From positions 96,001 to 160,000 of the forward strand of contig JAWLHY010000002.1 of assembly GCA_041690135.1 (NCBI GenBank): a stretch of DNA of 64,000 bases, written 5' to 3'. Below, one piece after another: positions 1 through 9,044 of this stretch. Under the pieces are notes generated by a model that saw nothing but the letters and a program-made list of their open reading frames with translations, was not told the DNA's origin and did not search any database. The number at the start of each line of letters is the position of its first letter. Within the stretch, counting starts at the first letter, position 1. The DNA comes from Armatimonadota bacterium. Its GTDB lineage: Bacteria; Armatimonadota; SYMT01. The translations under genes were made by a program, and so were the position numbers.

Positions 1-29
1 GCGGCTCCGCTAAGAAACACGAACGGTTC

Positions 30-1601
30 ATGGAATTCTACAGTGCGCTACTGGCCTGGGCAGCGGAGCCGGGGTTTTCGCCCCTTCAGGCCGTACGGAT
101 CGCTCTGGCGCTGGTCGCCTTGCCATTCCTCTATCGCGCACTGCAGGAAAGGCCCGAGGAACCGTCTTCCGAGCCGACGAGTGCGGCTCGGCGGGTCCGC
201 CCGCTCGTGTTCGCCGTATTGGGCGCCGGAGTGCTCTACCTGCTCACCGACCGCTGGTCGCCGGCCCCCACTCCCTCGGAGCCGGGCCGGGGTTTTCAGT
301 CGTTCAGCAGCGGCGTGCTTTACTACCGCCTCGGGTTTTCGCAGATGGCGGATCTCGTTCCGCCGCCGGACGAGAAGCCTTCCCACCGGGCCGCCGGGGT
401 GGAGCAGTTGCGCGCGGCGGTGAAGCAGCTTCCGAAGAGTGTCTACCTGCGGCGCTACCTCGGCATCGCCCTGGCGGAGCGCGGGCAGTACGAAGCGGCT
501 CTGGCCGAGCTGGAAGAGGCCACGGAAGTGCTCTCAGAGCGGGCTCCGCAGCGCGCCCGCGATGAGTTGGCGATCTGGCAGGCGTTCTTTGGCCCGCAGA
601 AGCCGTCGCGAGAAGCGATCGACGCCCATGCGGCCCGCCTCCGCGCCTTCAACCTGGGCTGGATTGGAAAAGTAGGGTTGCTGGCCGCCTACCAGCGAGT
701 GGGGGCCAACGTGCCGGAACTCCGGAGCGAAGTACGGCAGGGCGCGGGAACCTACGTCCGGCGACTCTCCACGGCCGGGATGATAGTTCTGCTCCTGATC
801 CCCCAACTGGCGCTCATTGCGGTGGTCGTCGGCGGCGTGTTGATCTCCGACCGCGTTTTGCAGCCGGCGCCCAAGGCGTATCACGCCACGGCGCCGATCC
901 TCCTGGAGAGCTTCATCCTGATGCTGGCGCTCGGCATGGTGCCGGGCTGGATCGCCTTTCCGGGTGGGAGAGAAGGGAGACCCGCGCCGGAGACCCAGCC
1001 TACGGCGTTTGCCTGGCTGCTGATAGCCGCGGATCTTTTCCAGCTTCTGGCGCTCGGCTACCTGTGGCTGCGCCTGCGCCAGCGCGGCCTCGGTCTGGAG
1101 GAGATCGGCCTCTCGCGCCGGGGGCTGGGGGCCAACATCCTCATCGGGGTGGTGGCCGCCGCAGTGGTGATACCCGGGGCCTATTTTCTTGGTTTCTTCA
1201 CCCAGTGGGTGGGCGAGCGTTACTTCCCCAGCATCGCCCCACCCTACCACCCCCTGGGAATCCTGACCGCCACTTCCAGCAGTTGGGAGATTCGCGGCGC
1301 GCTCTTCGTGGGAGCCGTCATCGGCGCTCCTTTTCTGGAAGAGATCTTCTTCCGGGGGGCACTGTTCGGCGCTCTCCGGCGCCGCCGGAACTTCTGGACC
1401 GCGCTGCTGGCGAGTTCGGCCTTCTTCTCCATCCTGCACCCGCAGTTGCCGCTCGGGTTTGTGCCCATCGCCGCCCTGGGCGGGGCCTTCGCCGCCCTGT
1501 ACGAGTGGCGGCAGTCGCTGGTGCCGGGCATGGTGGCCCACGCCCTGAACAACAGCATCCCGTTCCTGATGCTGAACCTGATGTTCCCGGCCAGTGGCTG
1601 A
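30..1601 (+). CDS. CPBP (Abi/CAAX) family intramembrane metalloprotease with N-terminal TPR-like region
   Basis: EEIFFRG, FSILH and HALNN motifs; several hydrophobic helices; TPR-like LGIALAERGQYEAALAELEEA. Confidence 0.85.
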   Translation: MEFYSALLAWAAEPGFSPLQAVRIALALVALPFLYRALQERPEEPSSEPTSAARRVRPLVFAVLGAGVLYLLTDRWSPAPTPSEPGRGFQSFSSGVLYYRLGFSQMADLVPPPDEKPSHRAAGVEQLRAAVKQLPKSVYLRRYLGIALAERGQYEAALAELEEATEVLSERAPQRARDELAIWQAFFGPQKPSREAIDAHAARLRAFNLGWIGKVGLLAAYQRVGANVPELRSEVRQGAGTYVRRLSTAGMIVLLLIPQLALIAVVVGGVLISDRVLQPAPKAYHATAPILLESFILMLALGMVPGWIAFPGGREGRPAPETQPTAFAWLLIAADLFQLLALGYLWLRLRQRGLGLEEIGLSRRGLGANILIGVVAAAVVIPGAYFLGFFTQWVGERYFPSIAPPYHPLGILTATSSSWEIRGALFVGAVIGAPFLEEIFFRGALFGALRRRRNFWTALLASSAFFSILHPQLPLGFVPIAALGGAFAALYEWRQSLVPGMVAHALNNSIPFLMLNLMFPASG

Positions 1602-1768
1602 AGGAAGCCCCAATAGCATCCCTACGGCTTTGAGACAGTAGCCCTCGCGGGTATCAGGAAATAGATGACGGCCGGGTGTTGCTTGTTTGGAGGATGAGGA
1701 AGGACGGGCTTTACTCATCCCGACCCGGACTACCGGGCGCCATCGCCTGACGGCTTGTCGAGCCTCGC

Positions 1769-1774
1769 TATAAT
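1769..1774 (+). promoter_or_regulatory. Candidate sigma70 -10 box for the glycosyltransferase-MFS operon
   Basis: Perfect TATAAT about 50-60 nt upstream of the start; -35 is weak. Confidence 0.4.
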
Positions 1775-1824
1775 AATCGTGGTCACAGGCCGGGGCCGTC
1801 CGACCAATCCGGACCGGACAAAGG

Positions 1825-3030
1825 ATGATCCCGATGAACATAACGGCAACGCTGCCGCAAGGCGCATCAGATCGGTTCCGGTCCCAAGGTCCGCAGCCAG
1901 TGGGGGGCCCGCGCGTACTCATCCTTTCTGCAAAATTCGGGGGCGGCCACAAGACGGCCGCCGAGGCGATTCTCCACTGGTGGCAGCAAAACGTGGATGC
2001 CGGCGAGATCCGCGTGCTGGACTATTTCGAGGAGTTCGTTTCCCCCGTCACCACCCGCGCGGCCAGCATCGGCTACACCCAGAGTGTGCGCCTGCTGCCG
2101 GCGGCCTATCGCCTGTTCTACGAGGCGACCGCCGGTTTGAAGCCGGATTCCGCCGCCCAGCAGTGGCTGAATAGCCTGGGACGAGAAGAGTTTTACGAGT
2201 ACCTGACACGGCACCCGCAGGACCTCATCGTCGCCGTGCACCCGACGCCGGCCGGGGCACTTTCGGAGCTACGCCGCACGGGGCGTCTTCACTGCCCCAC
2301 CGCTACCGTGGTCACCGACTTTGTGGTCCACAGCCAGTGGATCCATCCGGGCACCGATCTTTATCTGGTCGGCAGCGAGTGCGTGGAGCAGGGCCTCATC
2401 GATCGGGGCGTGCCGCGGGAGAAGATCCGGGTCACCGGCATTCCGATCCGGGTGAATAAGGCGCTGCTGGATCAGCGGGAGGTGCTGCGGGAGAAGTGGG
2501 CGCTGCGACCGGACCTGCCGACCGTACTGGTGATGACGGGCGCGCAGGGCATGATGCGCCGGCCCCAGAAGCTGTTCCACACCGTCGCCTCTCGGCCGGT
2601 GCAGGGGTTCTTCATCTGCGGCAAAGACCGGGCGCTCTATACCCGGCTACGGCTGTGGGCCGACCGGTACCCGAATTTCCGGATCATGCCGTTCGTGCGC
2701 GTCATTCCCGAATTGATGTGCGTCTCCGACGTACTCGTGACGAAGGCCGGGGGCCTCACGACCTCCGAAGCGCTGGCCATGGAACTGCCGTTGATCATTT
2801 TCCATCCCATTCCCGGGCAGGAGTACGCCAACCGCGACTACCTGCTGCGTTCCGGTGCGGCACTCGTCGCCGATAACGTGCGGGATCTGGGCGGCGTTCT
2901 GGATGAAGTTTGCCGCCATCCTTCGCGACTGGCGGAGATGCGACAGGCCATCCAACACATCCGGCGGCCGGATGCCGCCGCGGATGCGGGACGGGAGATG
3001 CTGCGGCTGCTGGGCGAGGAGCCATCGTGA
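1825..3030 (+). CDS. ugtP: Processive diacylglycerol glucosyltransferase / MGDG synthase (GT28, UgtP/YpfP-like)
   Basis: FGGGH, VVTDFVVH..W, TGIP, TKAGGLT.SEA and PIPGQE..N motifs; start may be 1834. Confidence 0.85.
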   Translation: MIPMNITATLPQGASDRFRSQGPQPVGGPRVLILSAKFGGGHKTAAEAILHWWQQNVDAGEIRVLDYFEEFVSPVTTRAASIGYTQSVRLLPAAYRLFYEATAGLKPDSAAQQWLNSLGREEFYEYLTRHPQDLIVAVHPTPAGALSELRRTGRLHCPTATVVTDFVVHSQWIHPGTDLYLVGSECVEQGLIDRGVPREKIRVTGIPIRVNKALLDQREVLREKWALRPDLPTVLVMTGAQGMMRRPQKLFHTVASRPVQGFFICGKDRALYTRLRLWADRYPNFRIMPFVRVIPELMCVSDVLVTKAGGLTTSEALAMELPLIIFHPIPGQEYANRDYLLRSGAALVADNVRDLGGVLDEVCRHPSRLAEMRQAIQHIRRPDAAADAGREMLRLLGEEPS

Positions 3031-4310
3031 TCGAGAACGCCATCGACGTCCGCAAGTCGCTCCTGGTCCGGTTAAGCATCGTCCTCTTCTTCGCCGAATT
3101 GGCACACGGGATGTTGCTGTACGGCATCATCGTCGACCTGGTGCAGCACCGCTTCCCCGCCGAAGGATTCCTCCTGTTCGGGGTACTTCCCGTTAAGGAA
3201 GAAGTCGCCGCGCTCTGCCTGGCTGCCTATACCCTCGCGGAACTGGTCTTCAAGGTTCCGGCCGGGCATCAAGTGGACCGGACCGGGCCGGACGGCCCGC
3301 TGCGCGTGGGGCTGGTGCTTTCGTTCCTGACCGTCCCCATCATCCTGCTCTCACGGGATCCCCACTGGATGCTCCTGGGATCTTTCCTGCACGGGGTGGG
3401 GGCCGCTCCCATCTGGCCGGCGGTGATCTCCGCCTGGACCCGAGGCCGCAGCGCGCGGGAGCGGGGAGAGATCATGGGCCAGATTCTTACCGGCTGGATG
3501 GCGGGATTGGGCACCGGCGTGATCGCGGGTAAATTCCTGGTGGCGCTCTCCGGGCGCGCGGAGCTGGTGGTGAACTACACCCCCCTGGTCCTCTGGACCA
3601 CAACCTTCGGAGCCGCGGTGTGGGGAGGGCAGTCGCTCGGGATCGGGCCGGCGCACGGGAGCGTGGAAGCCGGTGCGGAACCGGAGACCGGCGGGTTTCC
3701 GCCGGAACTCAAAGTGATGGGCATCGGCCTGTTCCTGCAAAACCTGGCTTTCGGCTCGCTTATCATCCCGTTCAACCTGGTGGCGGAACAGCACCTGCAG
3801 TTGAATCCGCTGCAAGTCGGGTTGGCTCTCCTCCTGGGCGGCGGTCCGGCGGTACTCCTGTTGAGCCCGTTGGGGCGCCTGGCGGACCGGTTCGGGCGGC
3901 GGCGGGCCGTCATCGGCTCGATGTTCGTGGTGGCCCCGCTCATCGCCGTGACGCCCTTCCTGCGCTTTCTTCCGGTGGGGGCGTGGGGCCGCCTGGCGAT
4001 CATGATCCCGGGCCTGCTGCTGGCGGGAGCCGCGTACGCCTTCTTGCTTCCGGCCTGGCACGCTCTTGCCCTGGGCCGCATCCCGGAACAGCAGCGGGGC
4101 CGCTCGCTGGCGTTGCTGATGAGCGTCGAAATGGCGGCCCTCGCCGGAGGTCACGTGCTGGGCACGCCGATCTACACCCGCTGGAGTTTTGCCGCGCCGT
4201 TCGTCCTTGCCGGCATCGTCTTCGGTACCCTGGCGCTGATCTATGCGCTGGGCTTCGTCCTGCCGCCGGAAACACACGAAGAGCCGCACGTGGTGGACGT
4301 GGGGCCATAG
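3027..4310 (+). CDS. MFS transporter, LtaA-like glycolipid flippase candidate
   Basis: About 12 TM segments; GRLADRFGRR; GTG start overlaps the upstream stop (GTGA); FFAELAHGM and GAAPIW resemble LtaA as recalled. Confidence 0.8.
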   Translation: MIENAIDVRKSLLVRLSIVLFFAELAHGMLLYGIIVDLVQHRFPAEGFLLFGVLPVKEEVAALCLAAYTLAELVFKVPAGHQVDRTGPDGPLRVGLVLSFLTVPIILLSRDPHWMLLGSFLHGVGAAPIWPAVISAWTRGRSARERGEIMGQILTGWMAGLGTGVIAGKFLVALSGRAELVVNYTPLVLWTTTFGAAVWGGQSLGIGPAHGSVEAGAEPETGGFPPELKVMGIGLFLQNLAFGSLIIPFNLVAEQHLQLNPLQVGLALLLGGGPAVLLLSPLGRLADRFGRRRAVIGSMFVVAPLIAVTPFLRFLPVGAWGRLAIMIPGLLLAGAAYAFLLPAWHALALGRIPEQQRGRSLALLMSVEMAALAGGHVLGTPIYTRWSFAAPFVLAGIVFGTLALIYALGFVLPPETHEEPHVVDVGP

Positions 4311-4873
4311 CGACGGACCAGCGCCTCGCGGGAGATCCACACGTGGCGGACCACCGCCGCTTCCCCGGAGCCCGCGACCGCCCTCTCCCCGTGGGGATGG
4401 TCACGCCGGAGCAGGAGCTTCTGCCACCAGGTGAACCACCGCTCCACGGGGCGCTCCCGGACGGGGAACACCTCGAACCCGTAACGGCGGATGCCCCGGT
4501 GGAACAGCGTGCGGGCATGGAGCGCCTTCACCTCGGCGAAGCGGGGGTCGCGGACCAGTTCCCGCGCGAGGCGAGGCACCTCGCGGTCCGCCAGGAGCAG
4601 CAGGCCCAGCCCCAACCCTGTCGAGTCCGCCTGCGCCGACAGGGGGGCCAGCCCCTCGCGGCGGAAGTGCACCTCCATCACCGTGTCCCCCTCGCAGACG
4701 CGCGTACCGCACTTCAGCACGATCTCGGGGCCCCGGTAGGGGAACAGATTGAAGGCGAACAGCGAACCGGGCTCACCGCCGAGGATCTCCGTGCGGTAAA
4801 CCCGGGCAAAGTACGCCTCCAGAAGGCGCCAGTGCCACGGCAGCGGGCGAGGCAGGGCGGGGGTTGAGGGCAT
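4241..4873 (-). CDS. YkoP-like protein
   Basis: GD.VMEVHF and TLFHRGIRRYGFEV resemble Bacillus YkoP; lies next to a ugtP-like gene; 70 nt convergent overlap with the MFS gene. Confidence 0.6.
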   Translation of the reverse strand: MPSTPALPRPLPWHWRLLEAYFARVYRTEILGGEPGSLFAFNLFPYRGPEIVLKCGTRVCEGDTVMEVHFRREGLAPLSAQADSTGLGLGLLLLADREVPRLARELVRDPRFAEVKALHARTLFHRGIRRYGFEVFPVRERPVERWFTWWQKLLLRRDHPHGERAVAGSGEAAVVRHVWISREALVRRYGPTSTTCGSSCVSGGRTKPSA

Positions 4874-4947
4874 ATCGGAAGAGGGAGACTCGGATCGGGT
4901 GGAGCGCCAACTCCCGAATCTGATGCTCTACTCCAGTATACTCTTCC

Positions 4948-5389
4948 GGACCGCGACGGTGGAAGGTGAGGAGCACCGGAGCGGACCACGGGATTTTGGT
5001 CCCTGCGTGAGCGGCGGGCAATTACAACAGGAGACCATACCCAAGGTCGCGAAGGCCCGCCTCGCAGCGGGACTCCGGGCAGGACCCTGGAGGTTCTACG
5101 GTTCATTCAAGGTCCATTCTAATCCCCGTAAGGGTCCCTGGCACCAACTGGAAACTCCGACTTCAGGTTGCGCCTTTGGACCCGATGCATGCTCGGAACT
5201 TTGGTACCCTGTCGCGGTCCCTGACGGAGTCCGGCTGTGAGGCCGGCCTTCGCGAGTCAAGACTCCCGGATCCCGAATTCGGAAGTGGTTCGCCGCCAAC
5301 GCACGCGAGTGGGGTCGCTTGCAAGCGGGATAGGAGCTGGTAATCAGGTTCTGTAGGTCCACACTCCAGAGGCACCGATAGGCGGCCTC
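4948..5389 (+). ncRNA. Candidate large structured ncRNA of unknown family
   Basis: 12-bp closing helix 4948-4959/5209-5220; many internal helices with G-U pairs on the + strand; TATACT at 4937-4942; second folded domain 5240-5389. Confidence 0.45.
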
Positions 5390-5421
5390 CGGCTGTTGCC
5401 GCAACGAAACACGGCAAGCTC

Positions 5422-7293
5422 TCAGAAGTTGGGCCTGGGAACCGCCAGGCTAAAGCCCCAGTCACCGGTTCCGTTGTCGATCTTCACCAGGATACGGTTC
5501 GTTCCCTCATGGAGGTGGACCGGCACCTCGTCGCTGCCCGCGGCGTAGGCGCGGCGGGCTTCGTTCTCGTGGACCACCCTGCCATTCAGCCAGATCTTGA
5601 TGCCGTCCGAACTACCGCACTGCAGCACGGCGTCCCGGGCGTGGATGGAATCGATTTCGGCGTAGGCATAGGCGACAGACCACTCTCCCGGCCCGAGGCA
5701 GCGGTTGAACGGCAGGTAACCCTGCTTGTTGGCCTTCAGCGTTTGCCACCGGTACGTCTGCTCGTCGTAGACGTACTGCGCGTCGGGTGAGATCGCGCCG
5801 TTCTCCTGCCAGAACTCCTCCACGGGCGTCGGCTGCTCCAGCGTCACATGACCGGGAGTGGGACTCTTGAAGGGACCCATCACCTGCCACTCCAGGATGT
5901 AGCCCTGCCCGGACTCGCGCTGGGCGGCGTCCCAACTGGCGCGTAGGTCCTTCGGGTCGACCGGCGCGAAGTTTTTCCCGCTGGTGGGGACGAGCGTCTT
6001 CTTCGTATCCAGGGGCGGCAGCAGGTCACCGTGGGCGGCGATCAGCTCGTCGCACATTTCCACGATCTGGTCCAGGGTGAGAGTCGCCGCGGTGAGCGGG
6101 TCGTTCATGGCGGCGTGGTAGACGTGGTCGCGACGACCCTCCAGCGCGGCCCGGATGAACAACTCATGCTGGATCACGTGCGGCATCATGTAGCCCACGA
6201 GCTGCGGCGGGAGCTCGCCGACGGTGGTGGGCTGCAGCCCCGCCCGGTCCACGAGGGTGGGTACTTCTACGATGGCATCTGACGGAAGGTTGGAGATGGA
6301 GCCCCGGTTCGGCTGGTTGCCATAGACGACGCTCGGTTTGCCGGTGACCATCGAGTGGATGATGATGCTGCCGTACTCGTGGCTCTTGTGGATCTCGATC
6401 GGCGCGTCGGACTTGCTGAAGGTCTTCATGCGCTCGAACTCGTCCACGATGCCGTCGCACCGGCGGAGGTATTCGTCGATCGGCACGTCGAACCGGGCGA
6501 TCATTTCTGGTCCGTGGGGAATGAAGAACGAGCAGTACTCCGCGTTGTGCTCGCTCGACTCGGTCACGAAGTAGCCGAGCCGCTGCATCAACTCGTAGCG
6601 GACCCGGTTGGTCGCGAAGATCTTGGGGTCGCCGGCGGCCTCGAAGAGCCGGGGGTAGAGGTCCACACCCTGCTTCTCGATCTTCAGGTAGAACGCCATG
6701 TGGTTGATGCCGGCGCAGATGAAGGCCACCTGCTCCGGGTCCTCGCCGATATCGCGCATGATCCGGTTGAAGGTGCCCTGCACACTGTGGCAGAGGCCCA
6801 CCGCCGGCACGTTGCTGGTCCGCGCGATGGTCTGCATGTTCATGCACATCGGGTTGGAGTAGTTGAGGAGGGTGGCGCGCGGGCAGACCTCCTCCATGTC
6901 CCGGCAGAGGTCGCGGATGAGCGGGAAGGTGCGCAGCGCCCGGAAGAGGCCGCCGGGTCCCGTGGTATCGGCAATCGTGAAGTTGAGCCCGTATTTCCGC
7001 GGGATCTCGAAGTCGACCAGCGTGGAGTTGAAACCCCCGATCTGGACCATGTTGATCACGAAGTCGGCGTCCCGCAGGGCCTCTCGCCGGTCCATCGTCG
7101 CCTCGATCCGGGGCTCCGCTCCGAGCGCGCGCGCCACCTTGCGACAGAGGTTGGCCCCGACTTCCAGGCGGTCGGGATCGATGTCCATGTAGGAGAAGGT
7201 CGCGTTCCGGAATTCCGGGTAGCTGAGGATGTCCCCGGTGAGGTTTTTTGAGAAGACGACGCTGCCCGCGCCGATCATAGCGACTTTGATCAC
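5422..7293 (-). CDS. melA: GH4 NAD-dependent alpha-galactosidase/alpha-glucosidase with extra C-terminal beta-sandwich domain
   Basis: IGAGS, DT.GPGG, LNYSNP, GLCHSV, AGINH and TESSEH motifs; about 170 aa tail with [12 protein letters not shown]. Confidence 0.85.
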   Translation of the reverse strand: MIKVAMIGAGSVVFSKNLTGDILSYPEFRNATFSYMDIDPDRLEVGANLCRKVARALGAEPRIEATMDRREALRDADFVINMVQIGGFNSTLVDFEIPRKYGLNFTIADTTGPGGLFRALRTFPLIRDLCRDMEEVCPRATLLNYSNPMCMNMQTIARTSNVPAVGLCHSVQGTFNRIMRDIGEDPEQVAFICAGINHMAFYLKIEKQGVDLYPRLFEAAGDPKIFATNRVRYELMQRLGYFVTESSEHNAEYCSFFIPHGPEMIARFDVPIDEYLRRCDGIVDEFERMKTFSKSDAPIEIHKSHEYGSIIIHSMVTGKPSVVYGNQPNRGSISNLPSDAIVEVPTLVDRAGLQPTTVGELPPQLVGYMMPHVIQHELFIRAALEGRRDHVYHAAMNDPLTAATLTLDQIVEMCDELIAAHGDLLPPLDTKKTLVPTSGKNFAPVDPKDLRASWDAAQRESGQGYILEWQVMGPFKSPTPGHVTLEQPTPVEEFWQENGAISPDAQYVYDEQTYRWQTLKANKQGYLPFNRCLGPGEWSVAYAYAEIDSIHARDAVLQCGSSDGIKIWLNGRVVHENEARRAYAAGSDEVPVHLHEGTNRILVKIDNGTGDWGFSLAVPRPNF

Positions 7294-7457
7294 GTTGCTC
7301 TCTCCCGCTGGTCGCCGTCAGGTCCCTGCAAACCGTCGCCCCGGACTTTCTCAAGCCACCGGGAAGACGCATTTCAGATTATCCGACCTTCGGGTGTTTG
7401 CCGCCCACCCCGCCTGGGATAATCACCTTACGGCAGCATCAAGATCGGGGGCACTCC

Positions 7458-8639
7458 ATGGCTATCATCGTGCAGAAGTACGGCGGCTCGTCCGTTGCGG
7501 ACGTGGGCAAGATCCAGGAGGTCGCGCGCAAGATCGCGGACCGGCGGGCCCAGGGGGACGACCTGGTGGTGGTGGTCTCCGCGATGGGGGATACCACGGA
7601 CAACCTTCTCGACCTGGCGCGGGAGGTGACCGGGAACCCACCGCGGCGGGAACTGGACATGCTCCTGACCGCGGGCGAGCGGATCTCGATGGCGCTGCTG
7701 TCGATGGCCCTCAACGCCTTCGGGGTGCCGGCCATCAGTTTTACCGGCAGCCAGAGTGGCATCATCACCAGCGACAGTCACTCCAACGCGCGGATCGTGG
7801 AGGTCCGGCCCTACCGGATCCTGCAAGAGCTGACCCAGGGGAAGGTGGTCATTGTGGCGGGGTATCAGGGGGTCTCCTTCAAGAAGGAGGTGACTACCCT
7901 GGGAAGAGGCGGTTCCGACACGACGGCCGTGGCCCTCGCCGCGGCCCTGGGCGCCGAAGCTTGCGAGATCTACTCCGACGTGGACGGTGTCTTCTCGGCG
8001 GACCCGCGGGTCTGCCCCCAGGCGCGGAAGTTGCAGGAGATCTCCTACGAGGAGATGCAGACCCTGGCCGAGTCCGGCGCCAAGGTTTTGAACGCCCAGG
8101 CCGTGGAGTTTGCCCGTCGCGCCGGCATCGTGATCCACGCGCGCGCCACGGCCGGAGGGGAAGGGACCCTCGTCCGGGAGACCCCCGTCGGGCTGCGCGT
8201 CTCCGGCGTGGCGGGCCAGTGCGGCCTGGCCGTGCTGCGTCTCTCGCAGCCCCAGCGCCTGGAGGAGATTCTGGAGTTTCTCGATGCGGCCGGCGCCCCC
8301 CCGAGCGAGTTGTTCGCCGACCCCGAGGCCGGTTCCGCCACGCTGCTGTTCTCGCTGGACAATATTCACAACTTTCCGGCGGTGCGGACGGACCTGGAAG
8401 CTCGCTTCGAAGGCGCAGTTGCCTGTCGAGATCACGTCGGCTCCGCCACCGTGGTTGGGGTGGGCATCGGCGCGGACGGGTCCTTCACGCGACGAGCCCT
8501 GGAAGCGGTGGAACTGCTGGGGGTGCCCCTGCTGGGAGTGAACACCTCTTCCCTGCGGATCCTGCTGCTGGTGCCGGAGGACCGGGTCAAGGACTGTGTC
8601 CGGCGCCTCCACGAAGAGTTCCTGGAGCGCACGGGGTGA
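7458..8639 (+). CDS. lysC: Aspartate kinase
   Basis: [42 protein letters not shown]; ACT-like C-terminus. Confidence 0.95.
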   Translation: MAIIVQKYGGSSVADVGKIQEVARKIADRRAQGDDLVVVVSAMGDTTDNLLDLAREVTGNPPRRELDMLLTAGERISMALLSMALNAFGVPAISFTGSQSGIITSDSHSNARIVEVRPYRILQELTQGKVVIVAGYQGVSFKKEVTTLGRGGSDTTAVALAAALGAEACEIYSDVDGVFSADPRVCPQARKLQEISYEEMQTLAESGAKVLNAQAVEFARRAGIVIHARATAGGEGTLVRETPVGLRVSGVAGQCGLAVLRLSQPQRLEEILEFLDAAGAPPSELFADPEAGSATLLFSLDNIHNFPAVRTDLEARFEGAVACRDHVGSATVVGVGIGADGSFTRRALEAVELLGVPLLGVNTSSLRILLLVPEDRVKDCVRRLHEEFLERTG

Positions 8640-8842
8640 GGGGACGATAGGTCCCCCTCTCTTAGTGAACACAGCGTGTTCCCTGCTGGTGGGGACCCAC
8701 TGGGTGGGGGTTGGCTGCTGGCAGCGACCATTCCGCAGGGGAAGATCACTCTCTCTTTACCGGCCCGCAATGGGTCCGGGTAGTAGTCCGCCTGCTCCCT
8801 TATCTGTACCAAATTGACATTTGAATAAAATCGCGCCTTATG

Positions 8843-8851
8843 TGCTACAAT
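8843..8851 (+). promoter_or_regulatory. Extended -10 promoter (TGnTACAAT)
   Basis: TG-C-TACAAT in an AT-rich patch, with TTGACA/TTGAAT upstream. Confidence 0.5.
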
Positions 8852-9044
8852 GGCCCGCCTGGTCGCGTCAACGCAAGCCGGAGGGTCGGTGGCCCTTAGG
8901 ATTTGCGGAATCGGCCTCGCCTCCCGAGCACCCACGGGAGGCGAGTGGCGGTCCCTTCCGGCGCCTCCCCTACGAGGTCCCGACGCGACTCTGGCAGGTC
9001 GAAACCCCGTGCCACCGGATGCGGTGGCGTTCAGGAGTGCACTG

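Noticed and set aside
4948-5220. Large SRP RNA, tmRNA or RNase P identity
   Set aside because: The size fits a large SRP RNA, but the TCAGG..GGAA..AGCAG motif, tRNA-like ends and GAGGAAAGTCC are all absent.
4899-5240. 113-aa + strand ORF over the ncRNA candidate
   Set aside because: No recognisable domain and atypical codons; the internal AGGAG is followed by ATA, not a start. A decayed gene cannot be fully excluded.
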